Below the pieces are notes generated by a model. It saw only the letters and a list, made by a program, of their open reading frames with translations. It was not told the origin of the DNA and searched no databases. Source: Chlorokybus atmophyticus (Eukaryota; Plantae; Mesostigma and Chlorokybus algae). Taken from it: DNA of 64,000 bases. Position numbers and translations under genes: made by a program. How positions within the stretch are numbered: position 1 is the first letter of the stretch; every line of letters starts with the position of its first letter. The stretch covers positions 362,015 through 426,014 of the forward strand of contig RHPI01000008.1 of assembly GCA_009103225.1 (NCBI GenBank), in the 5' to 3' direction. Positions 38,962 through 52,040 of the stretch are shown piece by piece.

Positions 38962-39702
38962 TCGAGTTACGAACGCATGGACAAATACCTTCATATAAAA
39001 TGTCATCATATATGTATATAGTCAGCATATTGCTATTATTTTTTATGCTTTTTTCTTTCATTTATTGCAATGATATTAATAATATCAAATATGCTTCTAC
39101 AGGTTTCCATGTCAACTTTAATGTGCCAAACACCAGAAATTACAAACCTGTGAAATCAGAATCAACATAGATAAAGGTGGCACGTGTGCGGGGTCCACTC
39201 GAACCTGTAGATACATCCAGTCACAGTAGATATCTGTGCTGGAAACTCAGAGTTCAAGATACAAAGGCGCAATATCTTACTCATATCCCCCACCTCCTCG
39301 CTAGCTGTGTCCGTCACACCACCTGCAGCAAGCGGCGGCAAGGTAAGCCTGCGTTCTGGCTGTGTCGGCCTTTAGTCCAGGCCGTGAGTGACAAAACGTG
39401 TGTAACCGGTGTGTGTCGCCCCTCAAAGTATACGCATTGCATGCTTGGCCCTGTGCTTCAGCCACAACCGTCGTCCTTACGCTGCCAGCACTGCTCTGCT
39501 AGCTTTCAAGCTCAAGCAAAGCTGCTTTTGCGGCTCCACGTTTTACAAAACATCTACCTCCAGTGCATGTGTGTGATACTGCTAGTTAGCCACCCTGGTT
39601 GTCGACACAACAACCCCAGAAAGCCAGTGAACTGCAATACACGTCTTGTTTCGTTGAGCCAAAGTTGCATTTTTCCAGGTTGCAGGCTTGTCAGTGTGAG
39701 GC

Positions 39703-40780
39703 ATGGCTCGGCGGGCGCAGCAGCAGGGGAACAAGAGGCTGGTTGTGGTGGCGGTGCCGCTGCTGCTGGTTGCGGGCTTCGTATTCCTGGCCATGATGGC
39801 GTCGCCGGCGGACTCAACCGCCTCCACTGCGGCCCAGTTTGTGGAGTCATATATCGCCGACCACCCCATCGCCATGTTCTCCAAGAGCTACTGCCCGTGC
39901 GTGATGATGATGATGACGATGCCAGCATGTCGTTCGCCTCCCATGAGCATGCGTGTTCCAAGTTGTCGCTTCAGACATTGACATAAACTCACTTCAGATC
40001 ACCTTGCAACGGGCAAGCATTCAGCATTGGCAACTGCAGCTATGCTACAGTTGTTACACGTCGCTTGCACTATGTTGCGGAACTGTCTTTCAGCTACTCA
40101 GCACTGATCACCACTGCTGAGATTTCATCCTTGTGGTGGTAACCACTGAATTTGCTGCAGTTGGGACCGAAAGCATGCCCGCTTATACTAACGTTTTGTG
40201 GGCTTTGTAATGGTTTGGCATGTTGACCGTAGAAGCATGCCAACAACTGCTGCCGCACACTGCTCTGTCAATCCGTACTGTCTCGTTGGGTTCAAGGTCA
40301 AATGAGGGTTTTTGCAGGTACTGTCGCCGCACCAAGATGATCTTTCAGCAGCTGGGCATTCAACCAGAGGTTGTTGAGCTCGATCTCCGCGGTACGTGTT
40401 TCAGTATGTTTGGTGATGTGTGTCACTGCCTGCTTGTAATATTTTCTGACCTGCATGTGTGTTCTGAATACGCGCAGATGATGGAGATGACATCCAAAAC
40501 GCCCTTATGGCCAAGACGCACCGGCGCACGGTGCCTCAAGTGTTTGTGGACGGCAAGCTCATTGGCGGAGCTGATGGTCAGTGCTGCAGTGTTGCTGTTA
40601 TTGATGTGTCACACAACTTCAGCGTATCAGCGCATCAGCGTTGCAGTAGAGTTGTGTTGGTATGATGTGTGTCAATGTGACGTGTCGTGGTTTGGTGCAG
40701 ACACGTCGGCATTGCATGAGAAGGGTGAACTGAAAGGCATTCTGGAGTCTGCGCTGGCCAAGACCAGATCTGAATTGTGA
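39703..40780 (+). CDS. GRXC: CPYC-type glutaredoxin with N-terminal hydrophobic anchor or signal (GRXC3/C4-like)
   Basis: MFSKSYCP|YCRRTK, VVELDLR|[24 protein letters not shown]|DT, C-terminus RSEL. Confidence 0.93.
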
Positions 40781-41964
40781 GCTCCACAGCTAAAGGTGTT
40801 GCCCAGGGGGTGCATGTTTACGGTGTCTGCATCAGCTTGCATCGTGCGTGCGTGTTGCGCAGCAATACCAGCTGCGCATCCTGTGCTGTTATTGCTGGTT
40901 AAGACCCGATGCTTTACGCTTCGTTTGCAAACGGTGAACTTGTGTGTGCAGTTTATGAGCAGCCTCCATGGCAGGTGGACTGAAGAAGAACTTTAGCAAT
41001 GCTGTAGCGATGCGCTCATCCGCTGTCATGAAGACAGTCGGTCGTTGATGCTGTGTGACCCAATTCATAAACAGTCTGTGTACAGTATCGATGTCTATGT
41101 AGCCAGTGCGTTTTCCTGTCTTTTCTCTTGTTGACGTCACTGCACATCATGCTCTGTTGTGTACTATGCTCACGCCACACACCGTCAGGATGGATTCGGC
41201 CAGGCAAAGCAGCAAGTGCAAACAACTGTAAGGGGTGCAAACCCCATGCTAGCTTGATAAGGAATTCGCAGTGCTCACAGGCTTCCCCCACCAGCAATCA
41301 ACAATGTGCCATTGTCAGTGGCCAGGAACCATGGTCGGTGTGATTGCGGCAGCCGAGGGGTGTTGCTATATAGAGCTTCAGTTTTGTAAAATGTGCGGTT
41401 GTGAACACCTGTGTGACGACTGTGAAGATGACTGCTACAGAGTATCGCAGATGTCAAGTATTCAAAAGCATTTTCTTCCGACAGAATGCGGATGAGTTTC
41501 AGCTTTACATGACGTTGACTGCCCTACCAACAGAACAGCTTGTGTGGTTGGAGTAGCACACAAGGCAGTGCCTGTGGCTTGTGCCTGTGTGCTTGCGTGC
41601 TTCAAGGGGTTGGGCTGGTAGTGAAGGTAGGTAGGTAGTGAGCAGGTTGCAGCCCGGTGGTGAATGTAAGTATTTGGTGGTGTGGTTTATTGTTTGTATT
41701 GCATGTCTCACACTCTCATGCATGTGTGCATCGCACTTGGTATACACTAGACGTCTCGTTGAGCACTTGCAGCAATGTATAACAAATGCCGATATGAGAC
41801 AGCACAATAACCTGTGCAGCACATAATGCGCGTAAAGTCTCGTTGTAACTGTCATCCAGAACAATGTTGCAGCAAATGTGCAGGATAGACTTTCAACAGT
41901 AGCCGGCACCCAATCGCTTTACTTGTTCGTCAAAAGTGCTTTTGGTTTGAAGCGGCAGTAAGAC

Positions 41965-44900
41965 TCAATGAGACTGCTCTGCCAATGTGTCGCGGTCTTC
42001 AGGGTACTTCCGCCCATTGACTTGCAACACTTCATTCCCAGGAGACAGTTTGGCGTATATGTGTGCCGAAGACACACCCTCAATGGCCTCCAGCGCCTGC
42101 TGCAGCCTTTCTGCGGTGTGCATAGCGTCGCTGCGAGCCATAAGCAAAAAACAAAAATGAGAACCTGTTTTCAATGGTTGAAAGGATGTGAAACAAGAAA
42201 AGGCCGCTGTAAACTGCGTGCTTTGCATTGCATTAGACAGGACTTCAACTCTACTTCACCTCATGTGTTGATCAGAGGGTAATGTGATGTCAGCGCGCAC
42301 AATGACGCCATGTGCGTCTTTGACTGGGTGAAAGATCACCCTGGATATGCCGTCTACCTGTTTGTAATAATGTTCAGTAGCAACAGTGCATCCCCATGAT
42401 GCGCGCCTTCCAAGAAGCACCTCCCTATCAAACTTATAAAAGAAGCCGGAGGTGTCATCTTACCCGAGGAAAAGCATTCACAGCTCGCGCAATCGTCACC
42501 TCCAGAACACCGTACTGCTGGTGACGTCAACAGAGTTGAGATCATCATGGGTTGGATCAGTTGCTACTGAATGGTGCTGCGAGACATACCTGCTCACCAC
42601 CAACACCCGCATTGCTACTATTTGGCTCCAGCAGCTCAATAGAGCCAGGATCTGGGAAGCGGTGTAGCAGCTGTGAGATTGATTGCACATCCATGAACAA
42701 CGTGCAGACTTCGAACGCGCACAGGTGTTAAGTTTTTCATACTTCAATTGGTACCCATTGCTGTGCGCAGAAGGTGGTCCTCAACAGCTTGCAAGCAAGC
42801 TTACCAATATGAACCAGGGCTTCCTGCACTTCTTCATGCTGTTTACGGATGGCTCGAGACACTGCATGTGCAATGTCATGCGCACCGTTGACGCTAAGCC
42901 ACGGATGCACCTGCATGTCGTAATGTGACATCTATGAGAACTAGCGGGGTGATAAGCAATCTTACGGTCCACCCACTGTCATAAGCTGTGAGACGGCGCT
43001 AACCTCGATATGCATATCACACATGAGGTAAGGGCCCATCTTGCGAGCACGCAGCTTGTGGCAGCCCTGGTAAATGTTCAGCAAGTAAGCACAAACCGTA
43101 CAAGCGCGTGATCCAATGGCATGCGTGAGTTGCTGTAATCTCAGCGCTACACATTGACATACATGTCAAGACAGACGTGCAGTGGGGGGAGAAACGTGTG
43201 TGACGTGAGAGATCACTCTTGTCATGCAAAGCTTGACATCAGCACGCAGGCACATGCGGCTGGTGTACCACACCTGGACCCCAGGCACGGAGAGAGCGGT
43301 TTGTCGTATAGGAGTGAGCACAGACTCCGGCTGTCCAACATCTGCAAGCTCTCTCAGGCTGCACCATCAATGTAACAATTGGACTTCGTCATACTTGTGG
43401 GGCCTTGTCGCATGCTACTCAACTTTCACCTTTCATAGCCGAGTTCAGCGCCGGCTTTGACAATCAGTGCAGACACCGCAATGCCAGCAATGGGGTCCAG
43501 CCAAGGGAAGCCAATCATCCAACCAGCTGCTCAAAATCATTGCATCAATCAATAAACACAAGCGCAGGCCTGAAGCTCATTCCAATAGTGCAACAGCCTC
43601 ACCGATGCCAACCAGCGCGACCATCGAAGAGACCGAGTCACTGCGATGATGCCAGGCGTTTGCCATGAGAAAACTGCTGTTGGAAGACTGCGCAACTCGC
43701 CGGGTCACACGGTAAAGCCTGTCAACGCACTGTGAGATAATATGATGCGCATTGCTGTACTGCGAAGACCATCAACAAGCGGCACGTACGCCTCTTTTGT
43801 AACAATTGACAGCGCTGCAGCCGCCAAAGCAGCGTTCATGTGGTTGTGTTGCGGGGGACCACCTTCTGGAGGCCAGTAAAGAACCTTGACAACCGCAAGT
43901 GCATGTGAGAGTTATTACTGTACTGTCATGATATACCAGAGCAAGAAGTCACAACAGACTTATCGCTCTTGCATACACGTGCCTGAAAAGCCTCCCATGC
44001 TTCATATGCTATACCCCCAGCAGTTACAATCAGCAGCGTAGATATGCCAAGGGTCCCAATCGTCTCAAACCGTCCATGACCTGTGCGCATATGGCGAATA
44101 TAAAAGCTTCTTGCACCTTCTATACTCCAGGACTGCCTACAAAGTACAACCGGCCCTGGACAGGTGTGTACCATATGGGTATTCCTTGTCCCGAGGAGCA
44201 CGCGCTATCCGCAACGTCCATACCGCAACAGCATCGGTCACCTAGAGTATAAGACAGCCTGAAGAGAAAGCCACACTGTGTATGCACACTTGCTGCATAC
44301 ACGACAGCCAGTGTGCACGACACCCGCTCCGGGTATAGATGCATACCAGGTCAGAGATAGAGTGAGCTGCGTCTGCGATGATTGCAGAGCTCCCAGAGAG
44401 GTACCCAGCCGTTGCTTTGGCAACAGTCAGGGCCATGTCCGCCCAGAAGCCCAGCACAGTAACTCTTTCGGCTGCCTCATCCTTGGTCTCCCCTTCTTCC
44501 TGAAATGCAAGTAAAGCGACCGTCTGAGCATGAAGTGGCTTACAGCCAAGTTAATTCCTAGTTACTGCATACTGTCGAGCAGCGTAACAGCTAAGCTGCT
44601 GGACTGCAACAGTTGAGTGCTGTCATGCAGCTCTGACTCAGGTGTGCATTCCAACAGCAACCCGCGAGCACACAACCAGGACACTTGCACAGCTTCTCAG
44701 ATCTCTCAGCACACAACAGCTGTGAAGCACTGCCACATACGAATACTGTTGCAACTAGCTCATATCACAGCGACATGTTCCTGAAGGCACACAAGCTTGA
44801 AACTGGCCAGTTGCGCTCGTGCCGAAGCTGCATGCGTGCGCTATTGCACTTGCAAACAGCTTCTGCTTTGTCGCGATCAAGGCAAGTATAGGTATGCTAA

Positions 44901-45172
44901 AAGAAACGGCATATACGACACTCAGTACGCACGCAGCCAACCACTTCTAGCTAAACCTGTTTCACGCCGTGACTATGTGCATGATGATGCGCGTGCCCTT
45001 TGTGCCCTCTCCACTGCTGCTTCCAGGTGTGGTCAGCGGGTCCAAGTACAGGCGGCTGCTGCGTGAAGCTGGTGAACTGCTGCTGGTATCGCCAGTGAGT
45101 AGCAGCCGCGGAGGCGGCGGCGCTTGAGCAGCGCAGCCGGCTGTGCAGCCCAAGCAACCGACGCACACTCAT
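41965..45172 (-). CDS. MTP6: Cation diffusion facilitator (MTP6/MMT-like) with probable mitochondrial presequence, multi-exon
   Basis: R/S/A-rich presequence, GHKGHAHHHAHSH, ADAAHSISDL, GHGRFETIG, ANAWHHRSDSVSS, VHPWLSVNGAHDIAHAV..EALVHI. The 3' exon boundaries are approximate. Confidence 0.9.
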
Positions 45173-45938
45173 CCGATTTGCTCAGCCTGAATCACCCAAT
45201 CACAGCAGTCTGCAAGGGAACCCAAGCCATGCACTGGCTGACAGCTTGCAAGCAGCCTGCCATGCATCCATTCTGAGCTCCAAGTCCAGCATGCAGCATG
45301 CAAAGCAACGGGTCAGCAGCGCCGTTACCTACAGACTACCTGCTTGCCCGAGCTCACACACGTAAAACCCTCACTACGCCAGCTCCTTCCAAGCTAGCTG
45401 CCCCTCACCAGGCCGCCCCAAGCCACGCTAGGCCAGGCCAGGCCAAGCTACGCCCACTCAGTCCGGTGCTTAAATTGGGGATCTCGTGTCTGACCAGGCC
45501 TGGAACCCGATCAATTAACTCGCAAGTCCAACCCGTTCGATTGCCCAAGCGACGAACCGGTTCCGAAGTCACACCGGCAAAAGCGCAGCAGCGTGACATT
45601 TGTTGCGTTGTTTTCATACTGCTTGCAGCAGCTGTTGATTGAACCAAAGTGTACGCAGCACAGTACATGCTTTGGTTGTGTACCGCCAGCTGGCAGTTGG
45701 GCGGGCGGCGAAGCCAGTGGTGAAGGTTGCCGTGTGGCTGTTTCGCTTGCCTCTTCTCTGTCCTAGGGTTCGCCCATTACCGAGGCATGCTGTTTTTGTT
45801 GTGAGCCTTGAGCGTTTGGTAGTTGTGCTGAGTTGCATTGGACATCCACACTCCATTGAAGTGGAGTGGTAGGCTTGAGACATCAGCTCGGTAGCTTAGC
45901 TTGCCGCCTCGGCCTTCTCCTCCTCCGCCACCGTCGCA

Positions 45939-48661
45939 ATGCTGTCGTTGCTGTGTGCTGCGCAGCGCTACGAGTGGGGTCGCAAGGGTCAGGCCGGTCA
46001 GGTCGCCCAGCTGCACGCCGCTAACAGGTGATAGACAGGACATTTGTTGTTGTAGGTCAATGTGCAATGCCAGCATTGCTAGCAATGCCAAAATGTCCCG
46101 CATGTTTTAAGCTGCTGTGGTTGACGGACTGCCACTGCTGCTCAATCTGCCCGACTTTGTGGGCGACACTGTGCAGTGCTTCTGTGCACTTGCAGTTTTT
46201 GCACTGAGCTGATTCTGTTGTGCCGAGGAAGCACGCTAGCAGGCTTTTAGACCCGCATGCCTTGTCACATACAATGCATGCATGTTGGACGATGTTGCGC
46301 CTGCCTCATGCGTTGCTACTGCCACCATTGGGCGCGCTGCTGATATGGTTCTGTAGCAACAAACGTGACAGCAAGCTGCTGCCACTACGCATGCCAACCC
46401 TGGATGCATTGGTTACTCAGAATTGTGAGCCTCAACTTGGCCGTGCTCTGTGTTGCAGCGGTGTGGACATTGATGCTGCTACGCCCTATGCTGAGCTGTG
46501 GGCCGGCACGCATCCCAATGGTCCAAGCTTGATTAAAGTGCAGCAAGAAGGGGCGGAGCAGCTGAGCCTTGCACAGTACGTGCGCGACCATCCGCACAGC
46601 CTCGGGCCAGCAGTGCTGCAGCGATGGGGAGCAGGGCTCCCCTTCCTGCTAAAGGTATACCATCATCAGCCTAGCCGCCTCGCTGTATACATACACAATA
46701 TACAACATGCGAACACGACATGAAGACAACTCGCTGGCACATTATGTGAGCTTGGTTATGTCTGGCATTGAACTTTTGGTTTTCCTTATGCATGCAGTGG
46801 CATCAACTGTTATTGTGGTGGGGGGTTGCATAGTCAGCATGCTCGTTGAGTGCTTGCTACTGCCAGGTTCTCAGTGTAGACAAGGCGCTGAGCATCCAGG
46901 CTCACCCCGACCTGGCATTGGCCAAGGAACTGAATGCCGCCCGCCCTGACATATACCGCGATCCCAACCACAAACCAGAAATGGCCCTTGCGCTTCAGCC
47001 ATTTGAGGTACCTAGTATGCGGTTTGTGGTTTGACGTTTGCACTATACGCATGGACGCCTGCTAGCGTCAGTGCTATTGTACCTGTGCATGTGCAGGCCA
47101 GCACATGCACAGGTCCACTAGCATGCGTGTTCACATGGAACCTTGCCAGGGTCTCTGTGCATGCATCCATGTCAAAAATGGCTTTCATACAACTTACAGT
47201 AACTGTTGCCACCGTTGTGTGATAACACAGGCGCTGTGCGGCTTCGTCGCGTCGTCAGAGTTGCGCCAGAGGTTGCGCACAGTTCCTGAGCTGCGTGAAG
47301 CTGCCGGAGAGGGACCTGCACAGGCTTTCATGGCCGCTACTGAACGTGGTGACGCTGAGAAACACGCTCTCAAGGCTGTGTTCACAAGCCTCATGACCCA
47401 GGTGACCACAAGTCTGTATGGTTGTGCTGCCTGTGCGCACGGGACTGGACATTTGTATCGACCATGTATCCGTATGAACTTTGTATGTAGGTTGTATCAA
47501 CAATTTTAGCGTGGGAGTACTTTGCAGGTTTAGGTTGCTGGCCATGCCAATTGACCAAGTGATGGATCTTTTACAGGAGAAAGAGATTGTGGCAAGAGCA
47601 CTGGCCAACCTCATTAGTCGCCTTCAAAGAGACGCACAGGTTGGTTGATAATTTGTCACTGCATTTATCAGTTCTGCTTGTTCAGGCAGGACAGCATGAC
47701 ATGAGTGTACATGCAGGATCGGCCGCTTACAGACGTGGAACAGCTTGTTATGCGACTAGATCAGCAGTACCCAGGTGGTGATGTTGGCGTGTTTGCAGCC
47801 TACTTTCTCAACCACTTCACTCTCCAACCAGGAGAAGGCGTGTACCTGGCAGCAAATGAGCCACACGCGTACCTGTCCGGCGAGTGCGCTGAGGTACAAC
47901 GGGATACTAGCAGCATTGCAAATGCATGCCAACTCAGAGCATGTTTCAGACTGTAACAAGAAGGTTGCTATTTCCAGGATGCAGTGATCAGTCTGTTAGA
48001 CACCAGGCACATGAACGCATCATAACGCAAGCCCCGCAGGTGATGGCAACCAGCGACAATGTCGTGCGTGCGGGTCTGACACCAAAGTACCGTGATACGG
48101 ACATACTGTGCGCCATGCTGACATATGAGCAGGTATGTCATTGATTCCTTTTCTTCCAAGAATTTATGGCTTTGTACTGTTGGAATGCTTCGTGCACACT
48201 GCACACCAACCCACCATCAACCGGGGGAATAATGACAGGGCATGCCGGACATCCTGCGTGGTGAGAAGGTGGACGAGCGCACCGTGCGATATAGTCCTGC
48301 TTCAGATGAGTTTGAGCTGGATGTAATCAGCGTTGGCGAAGGTGTCACGCACCAGTTATTGCCATGCGCGGGTAGGCACCGCTGACAGCTTGTGCCTTTA
48401 CGCATCAGTGCAAGCGGCATAGCACGAACATGCAATGCATTTGTTGGAATGACTCCTTATGCTTGCACAGGACCATCGCTTCTACTCTTGTACAAAGGCT
48501 CGGGCTCAGCAACATGCAAGCTGCAAGACTCATCTGATGTGCAAACGGGGACGGTGAAGCGAGGGGACGTACTGTTTGTGCCGGCGTACAGCACGCTGAC
48601 TGTGACTGCTGCAGAGGGACTTCAAGCATTCCGTGCTGGCTGCAGCAATCGTATTCTATAG
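45939..48661 (+). CDS. MPI: Mannose-6-phosphate isomerase (type I PMI), multi-exon
   Basis: [36 protein letters not shown]|[36 protein letters not shown]|[16 protein letters not shown]. Confidence 0.96.
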
Positions 48662-49696
48662 CTGCGTGCCAATTTGTTTCCCAATCGTTGTGCTCACTAT
48701 CCTGCACGGACAGCGGACAGTGGCTCTTGTTATGTTCTCACCAGAGCAGCAGTATACAGACATTGTTGTTTAGTGTTTTTGTACACGTTAAGATAGGCAT
48801 AACCGCTGACCATCCACCTGCATGTGCTACCTATATCAGGCAGCTTGTGGATGCACATGCCACACACAAATGGTGTACCGAGAATGCATGCCACATATGT
48901 GTGAGCGTCAACGGCGTGGGCAGAGGGGCCAACGCAATGTTATCAACAGCAGCTAAAAGCGATGCATACCCCTGATGCGAATCTACTGACTATGCAGCAG
49001 GGTGTCATACTGACTACAACTGACTGAATACCACAATATGTACACTACTGTTATCTGTGACTGGTAAAAAATTGGTATCATCGTTAGAGTTCCAGCAACA
49101 GCAGGTTGCAGTGCACTGTCCCAAACTTTAGCAGAATGGGTGCAGTGAGCACAGTCTACAGCACTCAGCCCCCGCAGCGAAATTGGTGAGGCAAGCCAGC
49201 TTGCCCAACTCAGCTTTGCGAACAGAACCAAGCTGTTTAGCTGTTCGGTACATTCACTCTCAATCAAGGAAAAGCGCATACAATGCCCTTTGCATCTGTA
49301 CACATACTCAATGTCCCGATGTGTGCAATGGCAGTGAAAAAAGGCTGTATTAAAAAAGCAAGAATCCCCAAAAAGTTGCTTACTAGCAACTGTATCCTCA
49401 CTCAGCAAACCTATGCACAAAAGCTGACAGCCTGCAAAAGAGCAACTATTGTTCGCTACAGTAGTACTCTCAACTGGAAATGGGCCAGTCGGAACAATGT
49501 TTATCAACAATGCACATCTAGACTTGGGAATAAAGCATGTACAACTATGCGGCATGGCGCAACCCCATGGCGCAATGCTCACCGCCATGGGTCTAAACCA
49601 GAAAAACGCGTTGCTGAGAGAATAACTTGGACATCGGAAAAAAGCAGGCCAGCAATCGCCTCGCCTCGAACTGTGGACTAGATTGCTGCTGTATGT

Positions 49697-52040
49697 TTAC
49701 AGAAGCTGCAGGCCAGAGAACCTGGGAGCAATGTCATTGCCGCTATCCCTGACAAGGGAGTCCACCCAATCCACGCTGCACTCCTCGGCATCAGTGCTCA
49801 CCAGCTCATCCACCCACTTGTTCATGTCGCTGGCGTCGTCTTGTGGCATAGGCTGAGAGTAGCGCCTCATTGCCGGGTAGTGCTGCGCGGCATGGTTCTC
49901 ATAGGAACTGCCAGGTGAGATGCTGCTGCCGGGTGACATGTTGTTGTCCCACGCATAGGAGCGGACTCCGAATTGCGGGCCGATGGGGGAGGTGATGCTA
50001 CGAGGGAAGTCAAGGCTGTGGCGGCGCTGGTAGGTTGCTGCAGACTGCCGGGCAGCAGGATAGTATGCGGGTGCTGAAGTGGACATGGCACTGGTGGCGT
50101 GTGTAAGTACGGGCGCACGCATGGGTGTAGGCGACGCCATCTGCATAGCGTGCTGCCAGAGCACTCCTGGGGGGGCGGATGCCACTGATGCAATGGGACC
50201 TTTCCTCATGGCAGCTGTTGGGGGCAGGGAAAGGTTGGGCACAGCTTCATTGCGATAGTAGTGGGAGGGGCTGAACTGCGGGGAGTACGCGCTGCCGGGG
50301 GATGACGAAAGTGGGCTATGGGGTGGGGAGAAGGCCATGCCAAGGGGTGTTGTGGGAGAGCCAGGCATGGGAGAGCCGTCCATGTCCAAGGCGGCCAGTG
50401 CCGGCGGAAGAGGGCGCAGCTGCTCAGTGGTATGTGCAAAGAAGCAGATGCGGCGCCTGCAGTTGCGGCCATCCTTGCAAGGCTGTGTCCTGTTGGAGAC
50501 ACGCACAAGTAAGCGGCCTGCCTCAGGTTCAGTCCTGGACACACGCCGGAGAAGCCAGAAGGCAGCCTTGGAAATGCATGTTACCTGTAGCGTGTGGGAT
50601 GAAGCCAACACTCAAACACGCCGTGTGCAAACTCGCAAGCATCGCCACGTCGACAGGCACCCTTGCGGAAATCTGGGCATGCGATGCCGCTGTAGTTGTA
50701 CTTGCGCGGGTCTCTGCGCCTTGCCTTCTCTCCAGGGTGGGCAAAGGGGCACTCTGTCCAATCATGGGACCTTGCACGCATGCAGCGCCGAACCTGCAAC
50801 CGGTCACGTGTTTTGCTGAGTATGTATCAGCACAGCTATTACAATAACCCACGGCAGTTCAAAACCAGCAGTACCTTGAACTCAAACATGCGGAAGTCAT
50901 CTGAGCTGTAGAGGTCGTTCTCCCCAGCCAGAGCTGTTGGTGAGGCATGGTCACTGCGAGGAGAGTGAACGTCCAGCAGTCGCTCAATCAGAGTCATGGT
51001 GACCAGCTCATCATGCTTCAATGCTTGAGGGTCGCGCCCAGCAAGAATCATGTCCACTGGGCGACGGTTTTCGCAGTCCACAGCATCACGGTCAGCTCCA
51101 CATCGCAGCAGCATGGCAATGACCTCCACGCTGCGAGTGCCGCCTCCGGCTGCAGCACAGTGCAAGGCAGTAGACCCATCATCTGGAGACCTGCATAATA
51201 ACCTCTGTCAGCACCCTACCGAACCAAACATGCACTCTCAGATGCATGTAGTCTCCAGGAGACTAGGTACTCGCGCATTGCTTGAAGGTCAGCACAAGGC
51301 AAACGCATGCTAAACATGCAGCAAGCTGAGCTGCTATGTCAATAGAGGCTGTGACACATTCCGTGCCAGCTGACCCACGCTTAGAGGCTGACTAGCAGTT
51401 GCGCGAAACCAGCGCAGCCGCACAACAGGACAATGGACAGACGGGCATGCCAGCTGGCCAATGCACCAAGGGTACACAGGCTAGCAGTCATGAGACGCCT
51501 TACATCATGCTACATGATAGAGACCACACCACCACTGCCGGGCTCAAGAGTAGACCCTACTGCTCTACCAACAATCCTGACCAGTACCTCCAACACATTG
51601 CACACAAGGGTATAGGCAGCATGCAGTCATCCAGGGAGTAACACTACAGCAGCAACGCTGTAGGACTGCACAAGCCGCAAGTCTTACTTAAAGTTGACGT
51701 CAGTGCCCGCAGAGGTAAGGTAGTTGAGAACGTCTATGGCACCGTAGAAGCTGGCGACCATGAGGGCAGTGCGTGCATGACGTTCAAGCAGCTCTCCGTC
51801 GCTGCGGCGGCAGGCAAAGTCGGCGTAGGAATCGATGGGGATGCCTTCCTGCTCAATGGCCCAGCGAATCCCGGTGAGGTCGTTGCTGGCAGCCATGGCG
51901 AGGATGCCGGCGACTCCATGCTGCTGGGAGGACATGAAGCTCTGGAGCTGTTGTGGAAGTGGAGCGTGTGTGTGCGGCGACGCCGGCGACTGCTTGCGTG
52001 CCACTTCGCCCTGGACGGCTTGCATGACCAACCCTGGCAT
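49697..52040 (-). CDS. Ankyrin-repeat tandem CCCH zinc finger (RR-TZF) protein
   Basis: [11 protein letters not shown] and [10 protein letters not shown] ankyrin repeats; DDFRMFEFK|[26 protein letters not shown]; [28 protein letters not shown]; [16 protein letters not shown]; C-terminal WVDELV and WVDSLV motifs. Confidence 0.95.

Noticed and set aside
40889-41900. Possible extra minus-strand gene between GRX and CDF
   Set aside because: Some open, splice-bounded segments exist, but I could not join them in a consistent frame or recognise a domain; it may be the CDF 3' UTR.
1-48661. Functional clustering of PIG-Z, PMI and a GPI-candidate protein
   Set aside because: The genes are tens of kb apart with unrelated genes between them; there is no evidence of a cluster.
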